A stretch of 63,117 nucleotides of DNA from positions 1 through 63,117 of the forward strand of contig JBDRQD010000075.1 of the NCBI GenBank assembly GCA_043826455.1, in the 5' to 3' direction. Of this stretch, positions 11,446 to 22,022 are shown piece by piece. Positions within the stretch are counted from its first letter, which is position 1, and each line of letters opens with the position of its first letter. Origin of the DNA: Candidatus Bathyarchaeota archaeon (GTDB taxonomy: Archaea > Thermoproteota > Bathyarchaeia > TCS64). Under the pieces are notes generated by a model. That model searched no databases, was not told where the DNA came from, and worked only from the letters and a program-made list of their open reading frames with translations. Position numbers and translations under genes: made by a program.

Positions 11446-11641
11446 TACTGATTAGCAAAGTATTCGCATTTAAATAGTCATCACATAGAAAATTTGCACT
11501 CCTATCAATTTGCTTAATTGCGCGCGCAGCTAAGACTGATGATGAGGTCTCTGAGTTAATAGAGCTAGACTTTGAATACGTAGGTCCCACTCCATCCGGG
11601 AACTCTGCCTTCCGAAAGCGAAAGTAGGAGGGTGTATCCCA

Positions 11642-11726
11642 TGGTGCGGGGGGTGGGGTTCGAACCCACGGAGGACTAACCATCAGGTCCTAAGCCTGAC
11701 CCCTTTGGCCACTCGGGAACCCCCGC
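11642..11726 (-). tRNA. tRNA-Leu(TAG), intronless, encoded CCA
   Basis: GCGGGGG acceptor stem, anticodon loop CT-TAG-GA, long variable arm, GTTCGAAC T-loop, ACCA. Confidence 0.96.
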
Positions 11727-11769
11727 GCCCACAAATAAACGCCGAGACCCCATTAAAACCTTACCGGGG

Positions 11770-13056
11770 CTACACCAAGAAAAACCCGGTCTGCCTACCC
11801 CCGATGAGCCTACACCCCTCCCCCGTAAACACCACATCCTCTTCCAACGCGAACCGCAGCGACCCACCCCACTCCGCCACAGGCCCCTCCACCGACAGCT
11901 CCATAGTGAACGCGTAGTTATGCTCCAACTGCACGTCCCCCCTACCCACGTTCCTCTCCTGCTCCCAGGGCAACCCAATCAACGGCCCAGGCTCATGAAG
12001 CAGCCGCCCCAGGCTGTGCGAGTAGACCCGGGGGTTAGGTATCCCCTCACGACGGGCCCTGTCCAGTATCCTGTGGAGAAGCTGGTCCCCCGTCAATCCG
12101 CGCCTGAACTCGTCCATGAACACGTCCTGCAGCCTGTTACCCTCCGCCATCAGCCCCCGGAGCCCCTCAGGTGCCTCATCCTCCCCCGGCCTCAGTACGT
12201 ACACCCACTCTTGGTGATCCGTTATGAGGCCCAGGTACCTGACCCCAACGTCGCACCTGATGAGGTCCCCTGTCCTGATCACCGGGTCCACGCCCCCGTA
12301 CAGCTGTCCCGCCGCCCCCCTCCTGATGGGGTAGAAGCTGGGCTTGAAGGCCACCTCCAGCCCCCGGTCCGCGCACCTCTGCCAGTAGTGCCACTCAAGG
12401 TCCCGGACGGTGGTCACCCCGGGAACGATGGCCTCACTGCTATAGCACTCAGCGATCAAGGCGTGGGCCACATCCACCACGTGCTCGTATAGGTCCACCT
12501 CCTCGTCCGTCAGGGTGGCTAGCCATCTTGTGGCGCACGCCTCGGCCGACACAAGTCTATCCACGTACTTCCGGGGCAGAGCCGCGACCAGCTGGTTGTA
12601 CAGGTTGTGGGTGAGGCCCCCCGCCGCCCACTGCACCGATCCCACGTTGATCCCTATACGTTTCGGGTCCCTCTCCTCCACGATGCCCCTCAGGAGCGCC
12701 CACTGCTCGCTGTGGTGCCCCCGCCCGGGCCAAGGCGTCTCGTACAGGCCCTTGGTGTCCGTCATGGAGACGTTGATCCTTTCCACCCCCACCTCTGTGC
12801 CCTTATCACAGAATACAAGTATCTGGAGTATGGGGCACCAGGTGTCCACAGGGATCATGGACTCGAACACCGGGTCCAGGTTATCCTCCTGGCAGATTAC
12901 CAACCACATGTCGATCCCCGCTTCCCGCATGGCCAGAGGCAGCACCGTATCCAAGCGCTTCGCGAGCACCCTGTTCACTATCTCGGCCCGTTCACGCACG
13001 GGCAGAACCTTAGGGAACCTGGCAGCGGAATGGTGAGCACGATCATCACGATTCAT
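11770..13056 (-). CDS. M24 family (Xaa-Pro) aminopeptidase-like protein
   Basis: 'GDLIRCDVG', 'TDHQ', 'YSHSLG..HEPGP', 'ELSV', 'LEED'. Confidence 0.82.
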   Translation of the reverse strand: MNRDDRAHHSAARFPKVLPVRERAEIVNRVLAKRLDTVLPLAMREAGIDMWLVICQEDNLDPVFESMIPVDTWCPILQILVFCDKGTEVGVERINVSMTDTKGLYETPWPGRGHHSEQWALLRGIVEERDPKRIGINVGSVQWAAGGLTHNLYNQLVAALPRKYVDRLVSAEACATRWLATLTDEEVDLYEHVVDVAHALIAECYSSEAIVPGVTTVRDLEWHYWQRCADRGLEVAFKPSFYPIRRGAAGQLYGGVDPVIRTGDLIRCDVGVRYLGLITDHQEWVYVLRPGEDEAPEGLRGLMAEGNRLQDVFMDEFRRGLTGDQLLHRILDRARREGIPNPRVYSHSLGRLLHEPGPLIGLPWEQERNVGRGDVQLEHNYAFTMELSVEGPVAEWGGSLRFALEEDVVFTGEGCRLIGGRQTGFFLV

Positions 13057-13149
13057 TCAGCGAACACCACGCAAGATATTGAACCTGAATCTCTTAACAC
13101 CTTGCACCGCCAACAAGTTTATACCACGTCCGCATTCTTGAACCCTGAG

Positions 13150-14361
13150 TTGAGCGAGCAGGACGAAGCCCCCCTGAAGCGGACGCGCCTTCTAATGGCC
13201 ACGGGCTTCACCCAGATGTTCGGGGACAGCCTCAACAACAGGTTCAACAACCTGCTCGTCGCCGCGGCGGGCGCCACCGTCAACCAGATGGGGTTCCTCC
13301 AGGGCGCCAAGAGCCTCAGCGGCAACCTCCTCCAGTTGGCCTTCGGACGCCTAGCCGACAAGTACGGCAAACGAGTGTTCATCGCGGCAGGCCGCGTCCT
13401 CAACGCCGGCGCCATAGCCGCCCTGCTCCTCTACGACGCCCCCGGGCCCCTCATCTGGCTGGTCATCCTCAGCAGCTTCTTCAACAGCATGAGCTACCCC
13501 ACCTGGAGCAGCCTCCTAGGCGACTACACAACCGATTCCACCCGCGGAGAGACCATAGGGGCCATCAACAGCGTCAGCCAGCTGGGCAGCTTCGTCGCCA
13601 TGATGATAGCCGTCGCCATCAGCCTAGGCCAGCAGGGGGACACCACCATCGAGAGCTTCAGGCTGGTCCTCACCCTCGCGGCGGCGGCCAACCTCCTAGG
13701 CGGAGTCATGATCATGTTCACCAAGGAGAAGCCCCCCAAGGGCGCCAGCCAGAGCCTCCAGCTGGGCAGGCTCCTCAGGGACCCTCGGCTCACCAAGTAC
13801 ATGGCCCTCAACTTCGTCTACGGCATAGGCATGAGCTTCGCCTGGCCCCTGTTCCCCATGGTGATTACCCACAGGCTCAGGATGAAGGTCTGGCAGATAA
13901 GCACCCTGAGCCTAACCAGCAGCCTGGTGAGCACCCTCACCCAGAGAAGGCTGGGCAGCTACATGGACCGCATAGGCAGACGCCCCGTCATTGTGCTGAG
14001 CCGCGTCATGATGGCCCTGGCACCCTTGGCCTACGCCCTGGCCACGGACTGGTGGCACATAGCCGTGGCCGAGCTTTTCCTGGGCCTGGGCATGGCCGCG
14101 TGGATGAGCAGCGAGTCCACATACATAATAGACCTGGCCCCCGGGGAGCTGCGGGCCACCTACCTGGCCGCCAGCACCGCCGCCTTCGGGTTCGCAAGCT
14201 TCATAGGCAGCAACGTGAGCGGCTACATCATCGACACCTTCTTCGCCGGCGTTGAGGGCCTAAACCAAGGCCTCCTCATCAGCGCCGCCCTGAGGGTGGT
14301 CTTCGGGCTAGGCTACCTCACCATCACCGAGTCCGTCTCCCGGCCGGAGCAAGAGACTTAA
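13150..14361 (+). CDS. MFS transporter
   Basis: ~12 TM, 'GRLADKYGKR' and 'GSYMDRIGRR' motifs; start inferred (TTG 13150 or ATG 13195). Confidence 0.88.
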   Translation: MSEQDEAPLKRTRLLMATGFTQMFGDSLNNRFNNLLVAAAGATVNQMGFLQGAKSLSGNLLQLAFGRLADKYGKRVFIAAGRVLNAGAIAALLLYDAPGPLIWLVILSSFFNSMSYPTWSSLLGDYTTDSTRGETIGAINSVSQLGSFVAMMIAVAISLGQQGDTTIESFRLVLTLAAAANLLGGVMIMFTKEKPPKGASQSLQLGRLLRDPRLTKYMALNFVYGIGMSFAWPLFPMVITHRLRMKVWQISTLSLTSSLVSTLTQRRLGSYMDRIGRRPVIVLSRVMMALAPLAYALATDWWHIAVAELFLGLGMAAWMSSESTYIIDLAPGELRATYLAASTAAFGFASFIGSNVSGYIIDTFFAGVEGLNQGLLISAALRVVFGLGYLTITESVSRPEQET

Positions 14362-14395
14362 GCCCTGCCCACAATTCAGTACCAGGTGAACATTC

Positions 14396-15031
14396 TTGGA
14401 GATCAAGTGGCTCGGACACGCGTCGTGGAAGATAAAGACGGGGGGCAAGGTCATCTATATCGACCCCTACGAGGGCAGCTACGACGAGAAGGCTGACCTC
14501 GTCCTCAGCACCCACCACCACGACGACCACTGCAAGCCGGAGAAGGTGATGCAGGCCAGGGGAGACAAAACGGTCATCGTGGCGCCGCCGGAGTGTGGCA
14601 AGAAGCTGGGGGTCCCCGTTAAGAGCCTGAAGCCGGGGGAGAAGACAACGGTGGGCCCCGTCACCGTGGAGGCCGTAGAGGCATACAACTTCAAGCGGTT
14701 CAGGAGCCCAAGCACGCCTTTCCACCCCAGGGGCGTAGGCGTCGGCTACCTGGTGAAGGCCGAGGGCAAGACGGTGTACCACGCGGGGGACACGGACTTC
14801 ATCGAGGAGATGAGGAAGCTGAAGGGAGTTGACCTGGCACTGATGCCCAGCGGGGGCACCTACACCATGGACTCGCCCGAGGCCGCGGAGGCCACCATAG
14901 CCATAAACCCCAAGCAGGCGGTGCCCATGCACATCTGGGACACCGACCCCGCCGAGTACAAGAAGAAAGTGGAGGCCGGCAGCAGCACCAAGGTCCAGAT
15001 CATGAAGCCCGGCGACACCCTAAAACTCTAA
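14396..15031 (+). CDS. MBL-fold metallo-hydrolase (UlaG-like)
   Basis: 'WLGHAS', 'THHHDDH', 'YHAGDT', 'PMH'. Confidence 0.88.
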   Translation: MEIKWLGHASWKIKTGGKVIYIDPYEGSYDEKADLVLSTHHHDDHCKPEKVMQARGDKTVIVAPPECGKKLGVPVKSLKPGEKTTVGPVTVEAVEAYNFKRFRSPSTPFHPRGVGVGYLVKAEGKTVYHAGDTDFIEEMRKLKGVDLALMPSGGTYTMDSPEAAEATIAINPKQAVPMHIWDTDPAEYKKKVEAGSSTKVQIMKPGDTLKL

Positions 15032-15077
15032 TTTTTTCTAACCCACTCACATGAAAAAAGGGGAAGACAACCGTCTT

Positions 15078-16511
15078 CTACTTCTTACCCCACAGGTCCA
15101 GCGGAGGCTTGGCCTCAGCCGGGATAGGACTCTTGTACTCCTTGCCCATGAGCCGCCGCCCCTGCTCATCCCAAGCCTTCTCCAGGAGCCCAGGATCGGT
15201 TATCAGGTCGACGGCCGAGGCCGCCATCACCTTACTGGCGTAGATGAGGCTCTTGTGGCCGGTGCTGTGGGCGCTGCCCGCCACGTTCATCCAGCTGTGG
15301 CCCGGCGCGCCTAGGGGCCACGTGGAGGTGCTGAACTCCATGGTGGGGGCCTTCCAGCTCACATCGCTGACATCCGTCGACCCGTGGCTCACCTCTCCCT
15401 CGTTCCAGGGGTCAGGCACCGTCCGGTCCAGGACCACGTCCACCAGCTCCTCCCAGCCTGGGCGCTTGGTCTTCCGCAGCTGCTCCACCTTGGACTCCCG
15501 GCTCACGGTGCTCACCAGCTTCCTGGCCCACTCCACCTCCTCCCCGGTGTACTCCGGTGGCCCGACAAGCCGCATGTTGCTTGTCACCACGTCGCTGAGA
15601 ACCTTGCTGGGTATCTTGTTGCTGACACCCTTGAGGAACTCCACATCCAGCTCCGTCTCCGTCATCATGGCCGCGCCCCGGGCTATCTTTAGCACCCTCT
15701 CGTAGATGTGCTCCACCTGGTCGCGCTCAGGGGCCCTCACCAGGTACCAGCTCCGAGCATAATCAGGCACCACGTTGGGCTGCCCTCCGCCGCTCTCGAT
15801 GACGTAGTGGATGCGGGCGTCCTGGATGACGTGCTCCCTGAGGAAGTTGACGCCGATGTTCATCAACTCCACCGCGTCTAAGGCTGAACGTCCCTGCTCG
15901 GGGCTGCCAGCCGCGTGGGCAGTCTTGCCCCTGAAGTGGAACTTGACGCTATTATTAGCCAGACTACTTGATAAGCTGGCCACGTTCATGCTGCTGGGAT
16001 GGTGGCTGAGCACTGCGTCCACGCCGTCGAATACGCCGTCCCTGACCATCCACACCTTGCCGCTGCCGCTCTCCTCGGCGGGGCACCCGTAGAACTTGAC
16101 CGTGGCCTTGACCTTGTGCTCCTCCAGAGCGTACCTGAGGGCTACGGCAGCAGCCATACCTGACGCACCGTGGATGTTGTGGCCGCAGCCGTGGCCCGGC
16201 TTACCGAGCTCCAGTGGGTCCTTCTCAGGTTTCACCTTCTGGCTGAGGTCGGACAGGGCGTCATACTCCCCCATGACGCCTATGATGGGCTTACCCTTGC
16301 CCCAGGCGGCGACGAGGGCCGTGGGCATACCCCCCACCCCTGTCTCCACCTTGAAGCCGTGCCTCCTCAGCTCCTCCGCCAGGAGCTTGGCGGACTTGTA
16401 CTCTATGAGGCCCAGCTCGGCGTACCCCCATATCTCGTCGCTGACCTCGATGATGCGGTCCCTGTTACCGTCGATCCACTTGAAAGCAGAATCCTTTACC
16501 TTGTCAGACAT
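15078..16511 (-). CDS. M20 amidohydrolase, AbgB-like (aminobenzoyl-glutamate hydrolase B)
   Basis: 'GEYDAL', 'GHGCGHN', 'GCPAEE', 'GRSALDAVELMN', 'GSTDVSDVSW'. Confidence 0.88.
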   Translation of the reverse strand: MSDKVKDSAFKWIDGNRDRIIEVSDEIWGYAELGLIEYKSAKLLAEELRRHGFKVETGVGGMPTALVAAWGKGKPIIGVMGEYDALSDLSQKVKPEKDPLELGKPGHGCGHNIHGASGMAAAVALRYALEEHKVKATVKFYGCPAEESGSGKVWMVRDGVFDGVDAVLSHHPSSMNVASLSSSLANNSVKFHFRGKTAHAAGSPEQGRSALDAVELMNIGVNFLREHVIQDARIHYVIESGGGQPNVVPDYARSWYLVRAPERDQVEHIYERVLKIARGAAMMTETELDVEFLKGVSNKIPSKVLSDVVTSNMRLVGPPEYTGEEVEWARKLVSTVSRESKVEQLRKTKRPGWEELVDVVLDRTVPDPWNEGEVSHGSTDVSDVSWKAPTMEFSTSTWPLGAPGHSWMNVAGSAHSTGHKSLIYASKVMAASAVDLITDPGLLEKAWDEQGRRLMGKEYKSPIPAEAKPPLDLWGKK

Positions 16512-16552
16512 GACAACCGGAGATATCTGCGCCGCATCGCATATGAATTTAA

Positions 16553-17086
16553 TTAGCGTCCAAGAAATAGGCCCGCGTCCTCTAGGTTTGCCCGCCGGAC
16601 AACCCTGTAGGCAGGGTAGTATGCCTCACGGTACTGAGCCGTGTGGTGCATGGGGACAGGGCCTCTCTCCCCCAGGGCGTCATCTAACTCGCAGACCTCC
16701 TCCTCGTCGAGCGCCAAGTTTAGCTGTTTAGCCGCCTGCTTGAACCTCCGCCACAGCCTCAGGAACTGCTTAGAATCACCCTTCACTTTAGATGACTCCA
16801 CCATGGCCTCGTGGAGAGCCTCAATGCTTCCACCCCCCCGGAGGAAGGGCCTGAGGTTCACCCTCACCACGTCCCCACTGGGGGACACCCTCTCTAAAAG
16901 CGGCTCGTCCATGGGCCCCCGATCCTTAACCCTCTCAGCCTCCTCCATAAGCCGGGGTAGGGCGGAATCGCCCATGATGTGGCCTACACCGAACACCCCC
17001 TGGTAGAGGAGCTTGTAGTAGTCCTGGGCCCGCATATGGGGCCGCCGGTCGTGGTGCTCCTTAACTAGACGTTCAAACTCTTCCAA
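16553..17086 (-). CDS. Conserved hypothetical protein
   Basis: 'QDYYKLLYQG..G.GH', 'RVNLRP', 'HHT..YREAY.PAYRV'; co-oriented with neighbours. Confidence 0.7.
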   Translation of the reverse strand: MEEFERLVKEHHDRRPHMRAQDYYKLLYQGVFGVGHIMGDSALPRLMEEAERVKDRGPMDEPLLERVSPSGDVVRVNLRPFLRGGGSIEALHEAMVESSKVKGDSKQFLRLWRRFKQAAKQLNLALDEEEVCELDDALGERGPVPMHHTAQYREAYYPAYRVVRRANLEDAGLFLGR

Positions 17087-17088
17087 GG

Positions 17089-17763
17089 CTACGCCGCGCC
17101 TCTCCTCTCAACGAGGCTTATGGCTGAGGCCGGGCACGTGGAGACGCATAGGCCACACCCGAAACACTTGGAGCAGTCGTACCTCATCTCACCGTCCACC
17201 ATGCTCCGCGTTAGGAAGCTGCACCTGTCCACGCAGGCCCCGCACTGCACACACTTGGACTCGTCGTCCTCAGCGATGTACCTGGAGGTGAGGACCGAAG
17301 TGTGGATTCCATACCGGATGAGTCCCCCCAGGGTGTGGCAGCTGCAGGAGCAGCAGCTGCAGATGACCGTTGGGGAGTCGTCCCCCTTCATGGTGTAGGC
17401 CATGTGGACCAGACCGGCCTCGTGGCTCCGCTCAAGGGCCTCTAAGGCTTGGTCTAGGTCAACCTCACGCGGATTGTATTTGCTGTTCTTTAGCGACTCC
17501 TCTACCGCACCGTTAATACTGAGGCAGGTCTCCAGAGGGTGGTCACAGTTACCGTGATCCTTCCTGCAGCCGCACTCCTGAAGGACTATCTTCTCGGCTT
17601 TCCTGAGGATCTCCTTCATCTCACTCAGATCATAGACCCTGTGCTCGGCCTCCAATTGGACGTTGACGGGCACGGTTACAGCCGCCTCGATGCTCTCAGC
17701 TATGTCATTTAGCTCCTCAACTGTGTAATCATTGGGGTACCTGTCGCCCGGTTTCACGCGCAT
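17089..17763 (-). CDS. 4Fe-4S dicluster domain protein
   Basis: 'CVQCGACVDRC', 'CFGCGLCVSTCP', 'ICSCCSCSC'. Confidence 0.85.
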   Translation of the reverse strand: MRVKPGDRYPNDYTVEELNDIAESIEAAVTVPVNVQLEAEHRVYDLSEMKEILRKAEKIVLQECGCRKDHGNCDHPLETCLSINGAVEESLKNSKYNPREVDLDQALEALERSHEAGLVHMAYTMKGDDSPTVICSCCSCSCHTLGGLIRYGIHTSVLTSRYIAEDDESKCVQCGACVDRCSFLTRSMVDGEMRYDCSKCFGCGLCVSTCPASAISLVERRGAA

Positions 17764-17988
17764 ACCAGAATCTTCAGGTTGGCGGGATTTAAGGCTTCGA
17801 TGATCCGCACTGGGCCTACATTCACAACGAGGAACGATCTTTTAGTCACATTGGCACTGAAAAGTATAATAGAGTAATGTGACATGGAATCCATTAATCC
17901 TCACGGGTGAGTACAGAGGACATTGAAAGATCCTATTACGCTTCGGTCAATAATCTCTGGTTTCTCGCCTGTTGTGGAATGATAAGAG

Positions 17989-18732
17989 ATGCACAAGATG
18001 ACTGAGAAAACGGTTCCCCGGGTTTCAACTGGAGTATCAGGTCTGGACGAGATGCTTGGGGGTGGAATCCCTAAGGGCAGCGTCGTACTGGTGAGCGGTG
18101 GGCCGGGAGTAGGTAAGACCATCCTAACCCTCCAGTACATGATGGCGGCGGTGAAGCGGGGCGAACCCTGCGTCTACGTGTCCCTGGAGGAGCCAATGGA
18201 GAAGAAGATACAGAACGCGGCCGCCTTTGGGTGGGACGTCCAGAAGGTGATCGACGAGGGAAAGGTGGAGGTCCTGGACATTTTCATGGTCCCCCACAGC
18301 CAGGGCATCGTGGAACCCATCGAGAGAACCCGGGGGAAGCTTCAGCTCAGCATCGAGACAGAGATTGAGAGAACCATTAGGAAGGTGGGGGCGAAGCACC
18401 TGATAGTTGACCCCCTCACCAGCATCCTAGTCCATGAGCAGAGGTCAGGCAGGAAAAGATTCATCATCGGTCAGCTCTTCGATACCGTACAGAACCTGGG
18501 CTGCTCGGCCATCATCACAGCTGAGGGGATACCCAAGGACACCGACTTCTACATGGAGCAGTTTCTCTCCGACGGCCTCATCCTCCTCGTGAAGGACCTT
18601 CAGGAGTACACGCTCACCAAGACCATCAGGATTGATAAGATGAGGGGCATCGACTTCGACGAGCAGCCCCGCAGATACGTAATAAGCAGCAGAGGGTTCC
18701 AGGTCCTCAGCAAGGAGCCTGTGCTCGTCTAG
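17989..18732 (+). CDS. KaiC/RAD55-family RecA-superfamily ATPase
   Basis: 'RVSTGVSGLDEMLGGG', Walker A 'GGPGVGKT', 'SLEE', 'KMRG'. Confidence 0.92.
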   Translation: MHKMTEKTVPRVSTGVSGLDEMLGGGIPKGSVVLVSGGPGVGKTILTLQYMMAAVKRGEPCVYVSLEEPMEKKIQNAAAFGWDVQKVIDEGKVEVLDIFMVPHSQGIVEPIERTRGKLQLSIETEIERTIRKVGAKHLIVDPLTSILVHEQRSGRKRFIIGQLFDTVQNLGCSAIITAEGIPKDTDFYMEQFLSDGLILLVKDLQEYTLTKTIRIDKMRGIDFDEQPRRYVISSRGFQVLSKEPVLV

Positions 18733-20156
18733 GTTTCCTTGAAGCTAAGGAGGAGATCAAGTCTCTCCTTCTTCATTTGCACCCGTTCGACTCTTGTCAT
18801 ACCTTCCCTGTGCTGCAGGTAGTGCCTGAAGCTGCCCTTAGGTATTAACTCGATTCTCAGAGGATCATATTTAAGGAACTCCTTTAAATCGTGCCAGTCC
18901 CTGTCGAACTCTGTTAGCCTCTCATCTATCATCCTGTGAATCGTGTCGCGGTCCATGGGTTTGGACAGCTCCAGGTACATCTTCATGTAATCGTGGGTGC
19001 CGTCTTGCTCTTTTATAACTGTGTAGTCCACAAAGGGCACGTTGGCATCCTTTAGGACTTGTGTGATCTCCTCCTCAACGATCCTCGTGAAGTTGTGCAA
19101 CACTATAATCTTGTCTGACCTGGCGTGGTACTTGAAGACAGGAAGCTGGGAGTTGAGCACATCATCTCCCTTGTCTACGCACTGAAGGATATCAGGCATG
19201 ACGTACCTTGTCGTCTCTGTCAGATATGGGGTCGCGATGAGTTGGTACCGTCTACCTGGCTCCACCTCGCTGAGAGCCACGACATCGACATCCGCCTTGA
19301 TGATGGGGTCACCACGCCCAACTTTCTGGTCGTCGGGTACAAACTCTGCGTAGAGCACCCGCCAGTCGAAGATAAAGCAGCCTGGGTGCTCGATAGAAGC
19401 CACCGTGGGGATCATAATCTCTGTGGCTCCGTAGGTGGTTTTCGGGTAGCTGCCGGTGATCTTCTTGATCTCGTCCTTGAAGACCAAGGATGAAGAGTCC
19501 TGAGTCATGAAGCCCTTCAGGTGGAAGGGCTCTCCTATCCTAGGGTAAACCTGGTCCAGGAGAGTTGTGACCGTCATGTAGGCCATGTCAATGTTCTTGT
19601 AGTTGTCGACGAAATAGTCCACCTTGGTCTGGAAAGGAAGATTATGATCAGGGCAATTTTTTACGAATGCAACCCTATTCTTCATTCCTATCTCAGTCAT
19701 AATAGCCGCGAGCTGCGAGCCACCAGGAATGTTGTTGTACATCGTGTCACCTATCTCAAAAGTGACCCGCTCTCCGTCATGGCTTACAATGAAGAGGGAT
19801 GCCAGAGCCGTTTTTCTGAGGTTGTCCATTAGAGCGGTCTTGGGTAGAAGGAATTTTTTTGGTTGCCCCATCGTCCCGCTAGTAATGGTTGTAAGGTAAT
19901 CATTCAGCTCGTAGAGGAGATGCTGTTCACGGGGGTCCTCGTAATACTTTTTATAGGCATCATACGTGGTGAAAGGCAGGTCTTTGAGGCTGGTTGAACC
20001 TGAGACCCCCAGCTCTTTACCCAGGGTGATCCTCTTCAACCTACCCAGTTTCTTAGCTACCTTTTCATCCATCTTCCTCTGATAGTTGCTCTCCTCTAGG
20101 AAGGAAAGGGTTCTCGGTACCATCAACGCCACTAGGCTTCTCTTTAAAGACTCCAT
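18729..20156 (-). CDS. GH3-family (ANL superfamily) acyl-adenylate/amide ligase
   Basis: 'LPFTTYDAY', P-loop 'TSGTMGQPK', 'YGATE', 'YAEFVP', 'RYVMPD'. Confidence 0.75.
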   Translation of the reverse strand: MESLKRSLVALMVPRTLSFLEESNYQRKMDEKVAKKLGRLKRITLGKELGVSGSTSLKDLPFTTYDAYKKYYEDPREQHLLYELNDYLTTITSGTMGQPKKFLLPKTALMDNLRKTALASLFIVSHDGERVTFEIGDTMYNNIPGGSQLAAIMTEIGMKNRVAFVKNCPDHNLPFQTKVDYFVDNYKNIDMAYMTVTTLLDQVYPRIGEPFHLKGFMTQDSSSLVFKDEIKKITGSYPKTTYGATEIMIPTVASIEHPGCFIFDWRVLYAEFVPDDQKVGRGDPIIKADVDVVALSEVEPGRRYQLIATPYLTETTRYVMPDILQCVDKGDDVLNSQLPVFKYHARSDKIIVLHNFTRIVEEEITQVLKDANVPFVDYTVIKEQDGTHDYMKMYLELSKPMDRDTIHRMIDERLTEFDRDWHDLKEFLKYDPLRIELIPKGSFRHYLQHREGMTRVERVQMKKERLDLLLSFKET

Positions 20157-20176
20157 CCTCTCTCACACACACTGGA

Positions 20177-21340
20177 TTAGATGTCGACCACATTATCCGC
20201 AAGCTGCTCAAACTTGGCTATATCGGACTCTACTTCATGGGTCTTAGGGTAATAAAAAGCATAGAGGTACACATTGCTGTTTTTAAGGTAGCTGATCTTG
20301 GAAAGTAGGAAAGTGTAGACTCTTTTCCAGCCGTGAGTATGGATAAGGCTGCTGAGGTTGTAGAGTATGATCTGGCAGTTGATCCTTCTCTCAGACGAGA
20401 AGGCCAGAATATCCGTGAAAAGGATATCCAGGTCGTTGAGGTCGTCATTTATCGTTATCAGGCGCTCTGTGAAGATGTCAAACGCTGACTTGCCGCCCTG
20501 CACCATCCTCACCACGTAGAGGTTCTCCTCGTCAACGTCCGTGGCTTTCAGGTCGTTGGGAGAGATGAGGTCATACGTCGTTAACATTATTGTCTTGATG
20601 GCTTTCTTGGAGTTTTCATTCATGCGGTTCTTTATCCACTGTATCTCGTTGCTCCTCTTACCAGAGGTCGAGTTGATTATCACGAACTTCTCACCAGGGT
20701 TATCAAAGTACTGGGTTGGCACCCCAGATATGAGGAACCTACGCAAATCATCCACCAGGTAGGAGAACCTAGGATACAGTGAACCGTAGTAGAGGATGGC
20801 CTTTGCTAGGATGATGTATATCTCAACATAAAAGGGGGAGATGAAACCAAACCCATACCCGATGTTGGTTAATGCGATCATCATCCAGCCTATGACTAGG
20901 AAGTCTATGGTGGCTGAGAAGTAGATCCTGATTATTAGCAGACTCACGGCGATGAAAACATAAGGTAAAAAGGCGATCACTTGACCAAGAAGCATGGGCC
21001 TCGTCGTGAAGAAGAGCACGGCGAGTGCCAGAGGCACGCTTAAAGAGGCTAGGAGAAGTAGTCTTGTTCTATTTATCAGGTCCCCGATCCCCGTGATTAT
21101 CAGGGTGAAACCGATAACCATGAACATAAAGGAGAAAACCTCCATGTTCATAGACTCGATGTTGAACGCGAGCATGCTTGTGCGGATAATCACGTTGATG
21201 CCATAGAATAGGAACCCTATGCCCCAGAGAAGGTAGAACCTTCTATTAGTTTTACGGTATATTAAATATAAGTTCGGGAAGAATGCTAAAGTAAATACCC
21301 CGTTGATGAGCCTCAAAGCAGTAATTATCAATGTATCCAT
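20177..21340 (-). CDS. Multi-TM membrane protein with C-terminal inactive RecA-like (DUF835-like) domain
   Basis: ~7 hydrophobic helices, then an alpha/beta domain 'IILYNLSSLIHTHGWKRVYTFL...KFEQLADNV' without Walker A. Confidence 0.65.
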   Translation of the reverse strand: MDTLIITALRLINGVFTLAFFPNLYLIYRKTNRRFYLLWGIGFLFYGINVIIRTSMLAFNIESMNMEVFSFMFMVIGFTLIITGIGDLINRTRLLLLASLSVPLALAVLFFTTRPMLLGQVIAFLPYVFIAVSLLIIRIYFSATIDFLVIGWMMIALTNIGYGFGFISPFYVEIYIILAKAILYYGSLYPRFSYLVDDLRRFLISGVPTQYFDNPGEKFVIINSTSGKRSNEIQWIKNRMNENSKKAIKTIMLTTYDLISPNDLKATDVDEENLYVVRMVQGGKSAFDIFTERLITINDDLNDLDILFTDILAFSSERRINCQIILYNLSSLIHTHGWKRVYTFLLSKISYLKNSNVYLYAFYYPKTHEVESDIAKFEQLADNVVDI

Positions 21341-21692
21341 GGCATCAACGCTTAGCTAGTCTAATTAGTGATACAATATATAATCTTTAATAGCCAAATA
21401 TCTGTATCGAGTGTCCTAAGATCATAAAACACACATTACAGTGCATAAACCAATCTACATCACAATAAGGGACTTAAAATATGAGGTTTAAATCCTTAGT
21501 TTATACAGACAAGATGCGTAAAAATAGAAAAGTTGGTAAAAAGAGGCATATTAATTGAATAGAAATAAACACATACTTACTCTAGCGTTTTTAAATGTCA
21601 GCGATAGTAAATACAATCGACACAGGTACTATTATTAACTTTACATGGAGCACATTGTCCCGGTCATTCAGATGCTGCTACACTAGCCGGCA

Positions 21693-21878
21693 TCATTTCT
21701 TTACCTTGTTGATGTAGACGGTACCATCCCTAGTGGCTACCCACTTCAGTGTGTCTCCCTCATGAATGTCCAGGAACTTGAACACGCAGGAGGGCACCGT
21801 GGTTCTGCGCCGGTACCCTCTAACCGTCACGTGGGTCTCCTCGATGCAGACGACGTCGTCAAGGTTTACCATGGGCAT
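21693..21878 (-). CDS. AbrB/SpoVT-like small DNA-binding protein
   Basis: 'RTTVPSCVFKFLDIHEGDTLKW'. Confidence 0.65.
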   Translation of the reverse strand: MPMVNLDDVVCIEETHVTVRGYRRRTTVPSCVFKFLDIHEGDTLKWVATRDGTVYINKVKK

Positions 21879-22022
21879 GGATACGTAGGATGCTCAACCG
21901 GATATAGAGTTTACCCACTGTGATGACACTGTGATAAAACGTCGTCCACACCTGATTTGTCGTGTAACAGCCTCTACATTTTTAAAACCCTACGGCAAAG
22001 ACAGGGGGGTAGAGGAATACAC

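Noticed and set aside
12607..13149. N-terminal extension of the MFS ORF
   Set aside because: Antisense overlap with the M24 peptidase; the transporter sequence starts at ~13150.
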